A stretch of DNA of 64,000 nt from Mustelus asterias (GCF_964213995.1 NW_027590150.1:372001-436000), one strand, 5' to 3'; positions 11,677 to 23,934 are shown, numbered from the stretch's first letter. Program-made: numbers and translations. The notes: generated by a model not told the origin, from the letters alone.

Positions 11677-11976
11677 ATTGCATTCCAATGCTCTTGACTG
11701 AGTCGCTGTGTCGAACCTCACAGTCGATTTTGCTGCACTCTCCCACTGACTGGGTGATGGTTAACTGGCTGCTCAAGGTGTAGGTTCCCTTCGTGTTTCT
11801 CACTGATGGATAAGTCTTAAATCCAGTGGCGATCAGCTGCCCATTTTTCTTCCAGGTCAGTTTGGAGACATCTGGAGAGTAGTCCATCGCCAAACAGCCG
11901 TAGGTGATGGAGCCAGCGGAGTTGTGTTGCTGACAGGAAGAGACGAGGCTGTAGAGAGTGGGCGGAGACGGTGTCG
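11677..11976 (-). CDS. IGHM: IgM Cmu1 exon ([15 protein letters not shown]...GCLAMDYSP...SIGMQ)
   Basis: CAG acceptor 11979-11977, GTAAGT donor at 11676, 300 nt open frame, C1-set Cys/Trp pattern. Confidence 0.95.
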
Positions 11977-12504
11977 CTGGGAAAGAACAGCCAATTGAAC
12001 AAGTTAGATTCTTACTTGCGTTTATTAATTAATCAAACATATTTATACAAGTAAGTTTCTATATTAGGTATAGCTCTTGGGGCTAAAGGGATCAATGGAT
12101 ATGGGTAGTAGGCGGGGTCAGGATATTGATGAGCCGTGATCAAAGTGAATGGTAGAACAGGGTCAAAGGGTCGAATGGCCTACTCCTGCTTCTATTTTCT
12201 ATGTTTCGACATCACGATTTGTCTAGAATTATGAACTTAACGTAATATTTCCCGGTTAAGACCTACATACACCTTTCAGCTTCTGTTACTCCTATCATTT
12301 GAGAATCGCCATCTTTGTAGAAACTCACATCACTGTCTCGACCTCTATCAGATTGGAAAGACAAAAACATTTTGATGTCATTGTAATGACATACCATTCA
12401 TTAGATTAACAGAGAAGTGTAAAGAGTTTCTCCATTACTTCAGGCACGAGCTATTTCTCAAACAACAGCACTTTGTGATGAAGAAGTTGTCTCTTCATTC
12501 ATAT

Positions 12505-12628
12505 CAGCCACTCACCTGATGAAAGAGCTCCAAAAGCTCACGATTCCAAATAAGCCTGTTGGAGTTCAACCTGGTGTTGTCAGACTCCTTACTGTGCCCA
12601 CCCCAACCTAACGTCGGCATCTCCACAT
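12505..12628 (+). mobile_element. Same short Penelope-like family, hammerhead core decayed
   Basis: CTGATGA at 12516-12522, GAAA mutated to AAAA; shared body CCAAATAA.CCTGTTGGA.TT.AACCTGGTGTTGT. Confidence 0.75.
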
Positions 12629-12954
12629 TGTAGTTTTGGATATTGCCTGTGTACAAACTAACTGATGCCCCTTCCTCTCTCCAACTCACTGCCTCTCACT
12701 CCACAAAACGAAGACTAGTGACTTTGCTTCAAAACTACCTTCGGAATGAATACTTACTGAATGACCAGGAAACTCTAAATGTGATTACAAATTCAAATAA
12801 TTGCAACATTGACTAATTGAAGGGTCAGACATTAATAGCAAGAGTTGGCCATTCGGGCCCTGAAGTCTCCTCCATTATTCACTGAGATTACAGATGATCT
12901 GGTTGTGGTGCTCGCTCTATTTTGCACATCCTCACTCCGCCCGTCGATCACCCA

Positions 12955-13660
12955 CTCTCTGCCCATTTTCCCCGACTCTCTGCCCTTTCCCCTGGCTCTC
13001 TGCTATTCCCTGTGGCTCTTTTCCCCTTTCACCCGGCTCTCCGCACTTCCACCTGGCTCTCTACACTTCCCTCCAGCTCTGCGCCCTCTCCCCCGGCTAT
13101 CTGCCCTTTCCCTCAGCTCCCTACCCTTTCCCCCGGATCTCTGCCCGGTGTCCCTGCTCCCTATCCACTTTCCCCTTTCCCCTGGCTCTCTGTCCTTTCC
13201 CCCGGCTCTCTGCCCTTTCCCCTTGACTCTCTGCCCTTTCCCCTGGGCTCTCTTGCCCTTTTCCTAGGCTCCCTGTCGTTTCCCCGGCGTCCCTGCCCTT
13301 ATTCCTGGCTCTCTCCCCGTTCGCTGGTCTCTCTGCCCTTTCCCCCATCTCTCTGCCCTTTCCACCGTCTCTCTGCCATTTCCCCTGGTTCTTTACCTTT
13401 CACCTGGCTCCCTGCCCTTTCTCCTGGCTCTCTACCCTTTCTCCTGGCTCTCTGCCCTTTCCCCCGGCTCCCTGCCCTTTCTCCTGGCTCTCTGCCCTTT
13501 CTCCTGGCTCTCTGCCCTTTCCCCCGGCTCTCTGCCCTGTTGCCCGGCTGTGTGCCCTTTCCCCAGGTTCTCTGCCCTCCCCCCCACCCCCTGCTCTCTG
13601 CCCTTTACCACGCCTCCTGTTCTCCCCGGCTCTTTGCCATTGTCCCTGGCCCTGAGCCCC
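12955..13660 (-). repeat. ~20-bp minisatellite, G-rich on the IgH sense strand (CCGGGGGAAAGGGCAGAGAG-like)
   Basis: Plus-strand units CTCTCTGCCCTTTC(C/T)CC(C/T)GG, most regular at 13400-13540; roughly 35 degenerate units. Confidence 0.92.
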
Positions 13661-13775
13661 CAGGGATTCCCTCCAGCTCTCTGCATTCGCAGGGCAGCTC
13701 CCACATTTGAACACCAAACTGCCGCTTGAGATCTTTCTTCTCTCTCGTTGCAGACCTCCACACATAGGTTTAGCA

Positions 13776-15352
13776 AGTGTGAGTGAGAGAATGTGAGTGC
13801 GTGAGGGTGAGTGATTGAAGGAGTGAGAGTGGATGAGTGATGGTGTGTGAGTGACGGAAAGTGGATAAGTGAGGGTGAGTGAATGAAATTCTTTGAGTGA
13901 GGATGAGTAATTGAGGGTGAGTGAGTAAGTGTGAGTGAGGGTGAGAGGGCGTGAGTACATGAGGGTGTGTGAGGGGGGGGTGAGTGAAGGTGGGTGAGTG
14001 AGTGTCGGTGAGCGAGAATGAATGAATGAGGGTGAGTGAGTGAGGATGCGTGAAGGTTAGCGAAGGTGGGTGAGTGAGAGCGAGTGAATGAGGGTGAGGG
14101 AGTGAATATGACTTAGTAAGTGAGGGTGAGAGAGTGAGTGAGTCAGGGTGTATTGTTAGGGGTGGTGTGTGAGAGTGCGTGAGGGAGAATGAATGCGGAT
14201 GGGTGGGTGAGTGAGGATGAGTGAGTGAAGGTGTTTGAGCGAGGATGAGTGATTGAGCATCTGTGAGTTAGGGTGGGTGAAGTTGAGTGATGGTGAGTAC
14301 GTGAGGGTGTGTGAGTGAATGTAGGTGCGTGAGTCTGAGTGAGTTTGAATGGGTCAGGTGGCGCAAGTGAAAGAGAGAGGATGATTGAGCTTGAGTGTGT
14401 GGGGGTGAGTCTGGGTGAGTGAGGGTCGGTAAGTGGGGAGAGTGAGTGAGGGTGAGTGAGAGTGAGTGAGACTGGATGAGTGAGGGTGGGTAAGTGCGGT
14501 GAGTGAGTGAGACCGAGCGAGTGAGGGTGGGTAAGTAGGGTGAGTGAATGAGGGTGAGTATGAGTGTTGGTGAGTGACTGAGGCTCTGAGTGAGTGACTG
14601 AGGGTTGGTGAGTGAGGTTGCGTGTGTGATGGTGTGTGAGTGTGGGTGGCTGAGTGACAGTGCGTGAATGAGGGTGAGTAAATGAGGGTGTCTGAGGGTG
14701 AGTGAGTGCGAGTGAGTGAATGCGGGTGTGTGAGTGAGGGTGTGAGAGTGAGTGAATGAGGGTGAATGAATGTGAGTGAGTAAGTGAGGGTGTGAGGATG
14801 AGTGACTCAGGATGTGTGATTGAGGTTGAATGAGTGAGGTTGAGTGAGGGTGTGTGAGTGAGTGTGGGTGAGTGAGTGAGGATGGGTGAGAGTGAGTGAG
14901 CGAATGTTTGTGAGTGAGTGAGGGTGTGAGGGTGAGTGACTCAGGGTGAATGAGGATCAGTGAGTTTCTGAGGGTGAGTGTGTGAGGGTGAGTATGTGAG
15001 GCTCAGTGTGTGANNNNNNNNNNNNNNNNNNNNNNNNNNNNNNNNNNNNNNNNNNNNNNNNNNNNNNNNNNNNNNNNNNNNNNNNNNNNNNNNNNNNNNN
15101 NNNNNNNNNNNNNNNNNNNNNNNNNNNNNNNNNNNNNNNNNNNNNNNNNNNNNNNNNNNNNNNNNNNNNNNGGATGAGTGAGCAAGGGAGAGTGAGTGGG
15201 GATGAGTGAGCGGGGATGAGTGAGTGGGGATGAGTGAGTGAGAGTGTGTCAGCGAAGGATGGTGGGTAAGTGAGGGTGAGTGAGTGAAGTTCTTTGAGTG
15301 AGGATGAGAGATTGAGGGTGAGTGAGGAAGTGTGGACGGGGGTGAGAGAGTC
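13776..15352. repeat. Degenerate (GAGT)n/GAGGGTGAGT array containing an assembly gap
   Basis: Continuous GTGAGT/GAGGGT motifs on both sides of the N run. Confidence 0.95.
15014..15171. other. Assembly gap (158 N)
   Basis: Run of N. Confidence 1.
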
Positions 15353-15689
15353 AGTGGGCCACCTCCACCTCTTCCTCTCCATCGATCTTTTCCCGATTGT
15401 CTCCATTGATCAGCTTTCTGTAACAGGGCTGTGTAAAGTCAGGCAGCAGTGTAGATCACCGGGCAGCTGGTTAATGTCGGTGTCTTTCTTTAAGAATCAC
15501 GTATCAGTTAATAAATAGACAGACTGAGGGAGCTGGAAGGGAAGCTTACAGCGAAAGCAGAATGGGTCGCACAGGAATCAAACAGCAAGTTTACACCAGT
15601 ATTGGGGAGCCAGGCGGCCTTGGTCTCAGCCAAGTCCCTTCTTACTTATTGTGTCTTTCTGTCCGGTGTAACACATGGAAATCTCTACT

Positions 15690-15920
15690 TCTGACCTCAT
15701 GTTGGATGGAATGTCTTTGATGAAGCAGTAGAAGATTGTTGGTCCCAGGACAATCCCCTGCCGAACTTTTGCAGTGAAATCAGAACTTAGATGTTTGACC
15801 TCCAACAACCAACACCATCTTGCTTTGTGCTAAGTATGACTCCGAACAGAGAAGAATTTCCCGCCGATTCTTATTGACTTGAGTTTTACTCGGGCTCCTC
15901 GATCCCATCCTCATTCAAAT
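15690..15920 (-). mobile_element. L2-like RT fragment
   Basis: VRQGIVLGPTIF decayed RT motif. Confidence 0.6.
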
Positions 15921-15944
15921 GCTACCGGGGGGTTGGGGGGCGGG

Positions 15945-16253
15945 GGGTGGCACGGTGATTAGCACTGCTGCCTTACAGTTCGATTCCCGACTTGGCTCAT
16001 TGTCTGTGTGGAGTTTGCAAGTTCACCCCGTGTCTGTTTGGGTTTCCTTCGGGTGCTCCTGTTTCCTCCCACATTCCAAAGATGTGCGGGTTCGGTGGAT
16101 TGGCCGTGCTAAATTGCCCCTTAGTGTCAGAGGGACTAGTTAGGGTAAATACATGTGGTTATGTGGATAGGGCTTTGGTGGGATTGCTGTTGGTGCAGAC
16201 TCGATGGGCTGAATGGCCCCCTTCTGCACTGTAGGATCCTATGCTTCTATTTA
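15945..16253 (+). mobile_element. tRNA-derived SINE (HE1/V-SINE-like)
   Basis: A-box TGGCACGGTG, B-box GTTCGATTCC, conserved core and tail. Confidence 0.8.
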
Positions 16254-16279
16254 TGATGTCAAGGACAATCACTCTGACT

Positions 16280-18182
16280 ATGTGAGATGGAAAGTGTGTG
16301 AGGGTGTTTGGATGTGTGAGAGAGAGAGAGAGGGTGGATGTATGTGTGAGGGTGCCTGTGTGTGATAGACTGTGTTTGCACGTGTGTGATACAGTGGGCT
16401 GTGTGTGCAAGAGGGGAGAGTGTGCGTGAGAGAAAGGGTGTGTGAGATAACGTGTGTGAGAGAGAGAATGTGTGATTGGAAAGTTATTCTTGGTGTGTGA
16501 GAGTGTGTCTCTTCTTGAAAGTGTGTGTGTGGGCAGTCTGTGTGAGAGAGTACTTCGGTGTGTGATTGAGTGTGTGTTTATGTGAAAAGGAGTGTGTCTA
16601 TATGAGATACACGGTATCTATGAAAGATAGTGTGTGTGCTTGAGGGAGGGTGTGTGTGTGTGTGTGGGAGAGAGTGTTGTGTTCATGTGAAAGACAGTGT
16701 GTGTGAGAGGGAGTGCCTATTGGAAAGCAAATTAATATGTTCATGAGTGTGTGAAAGTGTGCATGGGATTGTGTGTGAGTGAGAAAGATATGCGCAATGT
16801 GTGTGGGTGATAGAAGCAATGTGTTTGAGTGTGTGTGTGTGTGTGCGTGTGTCTGTGTGTCTGTGTGTGTGTGTGTGTGTGTGTGCGTATGTGAGACAGA
16901 GAGAGAGCATTTTTGTGCGAGAGAGACGTTGTGTATGGTTTATGTGTGTTAGAGTGTCAGACACATGAGTGTTTTGCACGTGTTTGAGAAAGTGGTCTGT
17001 GTGTACAAGAGGAGAGAGTGTGCGTGAGAGAAAGGATATGTGAGATAGAGAATGCGTGTGTGCGAGAGACAGTGTGTGTTTCAAGAGTTATTTTTTATGT
17101 GTGTGAGAGTATTTTTCTGTTCTTCAAAGTATATGTGTGTGCGTGTGTGTGCGTGCGTGGAGGGGCGGGGAGAGTGTGTGTGAGTGAGAAAAACTGTGAA
17201 CATTAGACAGAGTGGATGCGTGAGTGTGTGTGAGTGAAATAACGGTTGCGAGAACATGTGTCTGTGATAAGTGGCGTGTTTAAGAGAGATACATTGTGTA
17301 TACATGTGTGTTCATATGTGAGAGACGGAGAGACTGTGTGCGTGTGAGAGAGAGAGGGTGTTTGTGAGATACAGAGTTTGAGAGCGAGATTGTGCGTGTG
17401 TGAGACAATGTGTAAGGGAGTGAGCGTGTGAAAGAGAGAGAAAAATGTGCCTGTGTGAGATAATGCGTGTGCAAGTGTCCGTATGAGAGAGAGAGCGAGC
17501 ATGCAAATGAGTGTGAGATGGAGTGAGAGCACGGAAGAGGGAATGTGAGAGGGATAGTGCATGTGTGTGTGTGTGAGGGAAAATGTGTGCGCGAGACTGT
17601 GCTTATGTGAGAGACTGTGTCTGTGCGGAAGAGTGTGTGTTGAGTGCGTGCGTGAGTCTTTGCTTGTGAGAGAGTGTTTGTGAGAGAACCAGTGTGTGAG
17701 AGCAAGAATGTACAGGTGTGAGATAGTGTGTGCAAGAGATATAGAAATATATGCGTGTGCTTGAGAGAGAGAGAGAGAGATGCGTGTGTGCAAGAGGAAT
17801 TGTGAGAGCGTGTGTGAATAAATGTGAGACAGCTTGAGCGTGTGTGACAGAGTGTGGGAGAGAGAATGCATGTGAGAGTGCGTATGCGAGAGTGTGAGAC
17901 TGTGCTTATGTGAGAGTGTGTGGCTGTGCGTAAGAGAGAACGTGTGTCGGGGGTGTGCGTGTGAGTGCTTTTGTGTATGGTGGTATGAGAGACTGATTGA
18001 GAGAGCGAGAGTATGTATGTATTTGTATTTGAGAGAGTTTATGTGAGAGAGAGAATGTGTATGGGCGTGTGAGAGAGATCGGATGAGAGAGAAAGTAAGT
18101 GTGAATATGTATGTGGGCATGTGTGAGAGACTATGAGAATGTGTATGTGTGTATTTATGTGTGTGAGAGTGTGTGATGTGTG
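16280..18182. repeat. Degenerate (GT)n/(GA)n low-complexity tract
   Basis: Alternating GTGT and GAGA runs for 1.9 kb. Confidence 0.95.
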
Positions 18183-18379
18183 CAAGTCTCTATCTGGCTG
18201 ATTCAGACTGGAAAAACACCCTCACTTCACATACACACTCACCCACTCACACAGTAAATGGGAGTGACAAGTGAGCACAATACGGACCTCAGGCCAAGGG
18301 TTGGAAAAACATTTAAATCTTTCACAAGTCAGTTCACAATTGAATAATTTCCTCTTTCCTCAATGAGCGAAACTTGTAA

Positions 18380-18815
18380 AAACTCAAGAAATTTGACACA
18401 ATCCAGGACAAAGCCACCCACAAGATTACCCGCCCCCTCATTCACCCTATTCACTCTCTCTATCACTAACAAGCAGTGACAGTAGTGTGTATTTTATACA
18501 AGATGCACTGCAGCAACTCACCAAGACTCCAGAGAAAACACTGTCCAAACCCGCTGCCTTTACATCCTAACAAGCCAAGGGCAGCAGCCACATATGAACA
18601 CTATCACCTGCAAGCTCCCCTACAAGACACACACCATCTTGACTTGAAACAATATCTCAGTTCCTTCACAGTCGCTGGGTCAAAATCCTGGAACATCCTG
18701 CCTAACAGCACGGCGGATGGCTGCAGCATATGCACTGCAGTTATTCAAGGATACTTAATATCAATTCTTTCCCAAGGAACAATTATGTAGGGACATATTT
18801 AAAATTCTTGCTTTG
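18380..18815 (+). mobile_element. L2-like LINE 3' end
   Basis: Same sequence family as 29810-30035 and 44660-45080. Confidence 0.6.
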
Positions 18816-21800
18816 CAAGCGACTCTAAATTGCCTTTAGAAATTAAGAATAAGATGCAAACGAATTTGACCCTGCAACTGTTCTACTGAACAGGTCAGGG
18901 ACTGCTATAGTATAGAATACAATACAGTAAACCTCCCTTTGCATTTGCTCATCCAAAGTTCCCAAAGCCGGTATGTCACTGGTTAAAAATCAACCAAATC
19001 TCTTTCTACAGCCTGACGTTTCTGCTCTTCTAACTGTCACAATGTGCTTCAGGGATCTCATTTCTGAGACGCCGAGTCAAACATCAAGTCAACCTGTCAC
19101 GTTTCTCACAGGTACAAGTTTATTGAAGAAATAAATCAATTTTCACTCCCTGAAATACAGGGGAAGGAACCAAAAGATTTATAACCAGTCAGGCAGATTC
19201 TTGGTGCCAACACAGTGACCACGCGCACAGAAACAGAACAGACATAAACGGTGCAACAATCGAGTGCCCAGCAGATAGATCTGTTCAATCTGTCAATTTC
19301 ATTCAAATTGTTGGATTCTAATTGATCAATGGTCAACTTACAACAACAGAAAATCAATAACCTATTTTAAATTAAACTGATATTCATTTCAGAACTCCTT
19401 TCGACTTTTAATTATTTCTCTGTCTCACTTCTCGAAAACTATGTAAAAATGTAATTTTGCTGAAAATGAGCAATCAAAAATAACAGGTTCAGGACAGTTC
19501 AATGTCCCAAACAGAGATGCAGTGACACAGTCAGAATTAAACAAATCGGGAAACATTTACATTGAAAATCATGATCTGATTCGAGTTAATTTCTTAATTA
19601 AATAGAGTGAACAAAATAAGCAAGGCAAAACACTTTATCGAGCTGAGCATAGCTGAGTAAAGAAATGTTTTGTTTCTGAATTCATTTTCGATACAATTAA
19701 ATATTTTCTAAAACTAATTGTATTTTGCACGCCTGTACAGTATTCAGGTTCTTTTGTTTTAAATTAATCAGCATCAATATTATATTTTAAGTTATTGTTA
19801 ATTGTTAGTTAATTCTCCTGTCAGCTGATTTGTGCTCTAATAAAATGAGTTTTCAATCATTCAAAACGTGCTTCTGCCTTTAACATTGTTAAATAATTAG
19901 GTTACAATTAAGTCTTAGACAATGTTAAACAATAATTTCAAATTACTGAATGAAAACATTCAGACATCTGTCATTCATTTACTTAAATCTAATCACATTG
20001 TAATATTTTACTTTTCACGTTTACTACCAATGTCTTATTGTAACAGAGAAACGTGTTAAAAATGCGTACTTCTGAATTTGTATAGACTGTAACGGACTGG
20101 CAGTTTGAAATCAATAATACTGCTTCCTCGATTTAGTAATTTAGACCATCCATATAACTTAATTAGTGAACATATTGTTTAATTAAAGAAGATCTGAATT
20201 AAACAGTGCAAACACAAAGAGGACAATTGATTCAAATCTCCTCTAACACTAAAACATGGTGCAGAATATAAGTCCAGACTTTTTCTTCATTATAATATTT
20301 AATAAGAATTAAACATCAGGTTCAGATAGAATCAATTCTTCTATTCTGTCATTTATTCGTCCCATAATTCTAGCCTGAGTTCAGCAGTAAAGGGAGACAT
20401 TATGCTATTATTAAGTGCAGAGCTAATATTATCTTTATAATATTTATGATATTATAATATTTTTATATAAATTAATCTTTTTGAATTTCAAGTATTTACT
20501 TGTCAATTTCTAGCCAGTTTCTGTTGACACTTTACTACAATTTAAACACAATTTTGTGAACAATTACTTGAGTGTCAGCGAATTCCACCTGTCAGAAAAC
20601 TCTGTTCACGCTGTCAAATGTATTCAAACTGTTTGAATCTAATTGATCAAAGGTCAAATTACAACAACAACAAAAATGAAAAATTTTAAATTAACCTGAC
20701 GTTCCTTTCAAAACTCCCTTCGTCTTTTAACTATCTCTCCCTGTCTGTCTCAAATCCCGAAAACTGGGCAAAAATGTATTTTTTCCGAAAAAGAGCACCT
20801 CAAATATAACAGATTCAGGGTAGTGTAATGTCCCTAAGAGAGATACAGTGACACAGTATGTAATTCATGATGTATATTAATATGTAAGCATCAGTTAACA
20901 TGAATAAAATGCCCTAACATATATTTATTTTAATTTTCCGAAACCTGTTTGCTTTATCCCGACAAGAATTTTCATTTAGCCAGAAAACGTGTAACTGCTC
21001 AGTATTAATGAGTTGAAACAATACAAAAACAATTGAGAAACACCAAACCATTTCACAATTTTTTAGATGAGATTAGTAATTAATTATCTCGGTATCCAAT
21101 GACAAATTAGTTGGAAGAAATAATCTGGTTGCGACTTCACTGAAAAAAAATGTAAAAATCGGATACCAAAATTGCCAAAAAGAAACGTCTTATTGTGCAA
21201 AACACGTATTCCAGTGAATGCGAACTAATCTGGGATATAACGATTAATGCAAAGTATCTTGTTGAATTGAGCGCTGCGGTGGAAACAGCACGTTATCATT
21301 GAAGTCATTTCTGGAATTATCAATAAACATTTCCAGTCTGGAAAATTTTCTGGTCATGTTAGTGAAAAGCACAACAGAACTATTAAAGGGGATTAATGCT
21401 AAATTATATTAATATAAAATAATCTTAGGTGAATATGGAGTTATATTACCGATTAATAATTGTTTGGTTTATATTAACTTTGCAATTAAACTTGTTAATG
21501 AGAAGTTTGTGTTTGCAGCAACGACTTAGTTTCCGAATGAGCATTGTAAGTCATGATTTTTCGATAAAAGTCGAAAGGTTACTTTAATTTGTCAGCATTA
21601 GTTAACATTTATAAAAATGCTGTGATATCTTTATTTTAGTTTCTTTCCAAAACCTGCTCGTTTTCTCCCTCCAAGGATTTTCAAACTCAAAGATTGTTTG
21701 CATTCAACCAGAAAACGTCTAACCACTCAGTGCCACCGAGCTAAAACAATGCAGAAATAATGCCGAAACACCTAACCATTTCACAAATTTTAAACATTCA

Positions 21801-23062
21801 TAGTGGCTGAACCAGAGTCTCCTCAACAGAAACACACGAAAACACATCCATGAGGGAATGAATCAATTTCACGGAGAAGCAGCTCAATTATCCATTCAAC
21901 AGAACATTGCAAGAAAATCTCAATGTCGAATCTAGCAAACGAGCTCTTAACCAACTATTAAACTGAACAGAAATCTAGTATAATAGCAATAGCATTGCGA
22001 GGTGGTGGAATGTGTCCAACAAATTAGTATTGAAACTTTATCACATTTAATTCATATTGGGTCATGTTTCAAACATATTTAAACATTTGGATGGTAAAAG
22101 CTCCAGCCATCAAACGTCTCCGAGATTTAGCATTGCAGGTACCCCAAATTGCGAATGCAGTGACAAACTATGTTCTGAACGAGTGGCATAAACCGAACTT
22201 TAGTTTAACCTGCAATTATCACTTAAGATTTTAAAAATACAAACAGAATAAAGCCTGCCTGATTTCTGCCTGTAGTCATGCGTCAAGCAGTTGCAAACCC
22301 GCAGACTGTTCGTATTCAATCACAAAGCGTGTAACAGCTCAGTCTCACCGAGGGTTTAAGCAATGCAGAAACAATGCAGAAACACCCAACTATTTCACCA
22401 GCTTTACTTATTTAAAGTCATCCAGATACATAATCTCCTCACCAGAAAAAACGCATCACTGAGAGTCTGAACCCCGCTTCCTGCAGAAGCAGCTCAATTC
22501 TACAAACACTTTCAACAGATTCAAATGTAACATTGACAGAAATTTTTAATATAAATTCCAGCCAATCCGCCCATCACCAAAGTAATTAATGTTTAAAATA
22601 AGCAGAAATATTGCATAGCATCACCAGCATTGTGAGTGAGTGGAACATGTTCACTGGATTAATATAGACATTTTAGAACTTTTTTAAAATATTGGCTTAG
22701 ATTTCAAACACTTGTGCAGTAGATGGTACAACCCGCAGCCACTAGATGTCACCGAGATTAAACATGACCGAAACGCTGAATTGTTTAACAGACGTCAGGT
22801 TTTTAAAGTAACCCAGCCACACAGTAGCCTCAAAAGATAATCACAAAATCACAATAATTAGGGATTGAATCGCTCAGCAGCCTCTATTGTCAAGAAACAG
22901 CAGAATTCTAGAACCCCTTTGCAGCAGAATCACAGGAAACATTGTAAAAATTCACAATCCACCAAACCCACATTTAAGTAAACAAATTGATTATTAGTAT
23001 AGACAAAAATATAAAACAAAGACACATGTAAACCAATTATTCAATAAGTGCATCGCTCTTAC

Positions 23063-23110
23063 CTGCAGTCACCGTCACCATGGTTCCTTGTCCCCAGTAG
23101 TCGAAGTAGT
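23063..23110 (-). CDS. IGHJ: JH segment (YFDYWGQGTMVTVTA)
   Basis: WGxG motif, 48 nt, GTAAG donor at 23062. Confidence 0.98.
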
Positions 23111-23149
23111 CACAGTGTCACATTCCCTGGGCTGTGTCGTACAATAACC
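23111..23149 (+). promoter_or_regulatory. JH 23-RSS
   Basis: CACAGTG + 23 nt + ACAATAACC abutting the JH coding sequence. Confidence 0.95.
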
Positions 23150-23475
23150 GTCCCTGCACAAAATAGATACAAAACCACCATTATTTTAAATATTCACAAA
23201 CCCGAGGAAAAGCAAAGTCAATTAATGTTCATTAAATTATTATTGTATTTCTGGATACCATTCTCCATTCATAAATGACCCTAATGTTTTATATTTCACA
23301 GAGGAACACATGAACATGTTATTGATAAACACCAACCGATAATTGAGTAATTATCACAGATTTTCCATATTCATTCTTATCATGTGGTCAGTGCTGGACA
23401 TAATAATACTGTATTGTGATTAAAGTTGGAATTTAAAAGTGACACTGATCCAGCCTCAATCAATTAGTGCTGAGG

Positions 23476-23543
23476 GGTTTTTGCATTGACAGTAAATGTT
23501 GTGCCACCCAGTTATCACAGTGAGACACAGCATGACAAATACA
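23476..23543 (-). other. DH2 segment (coding 23504-23515, ATAACTGGGTGG) with 12-RSS on both sides
   Basis: CACAGTG(23516-23522)-12-ACAAATACA(23535-23543); CACAACA(23503-23497)-12-GCAAAAACC(23484-23476). Confidence 0.93.
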
Positions 23544-23853
23544 GCGGCAGATTATTAACTGTAAAATGCAGATAGGTCATTTCACTGCGATTTCAAAAGT
23601 CTGTTTCCATGTCGTTTAAGAGTGAGTCAGTGAGATATTTCAATTTTTACTGGTCATGATATTGATAAAGGGGATTAGAAACTTTTACACTCTCCGTGCA
23701 CATTCAGCATGTAAATCAATAACAATAAAGCTGAAGTATTTTATATCTTTTAAAAAAACAATGCTGCTTCTACCTATTATTTTATCTATTCCTCATTTTG
23801 TTGAGCATTCGGCAGTGGCACTGATCACATATTTAAGCAAAATCTTTTCCTGA

Positions 23854-23934
23854 GGTTTTTGTATGAGATTGTCGCTGTGCTAAGCATTGTGTCCCCCCGA
23901 TAGTGTCACAGTAACACACATCCACACAAAAACT
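23854..23934 (-). other. DH1 segment (coding 23892-23906, ACACTATCGGGGGGA) with 5' 12-RSS and 3' 22-RSS
   Basis: V-facing CACAGTA(23907-23913)-12-ACAAAAACT(23926-23934); J-facing CACAATG(23891-23885)-22-ACAAAAACC(23862-23854). Confidence 0.95.

Noticed and set aside
11677-11976. Extra cysteines in Cmu1 as a novelty
   Set aside because: Additional Cys residues are common in shark mu chains; novelty cannot be claimed without an alignment.
12845-13960. Pro/Leu/Ser-rich and Gly/Glu/Arg-rich ORFs up to 262 aa (possible mucin or hinge exon)
   Set aside because: Open in several frames because of the 20-bp minisatellite, whose unit length is not a multiple of 3; no convincing splice framing.
13776-15352. 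Many GTGAGT splice-donor-like motifs
   Set aside because: They are on the antisense strand of IgM and are simply the repeat unit.
16159-18120. His/Thr/Leu/Ser ORFs including one of 305 aa
   Set aside because: Low-complexity GT/GA repeat artefacts.
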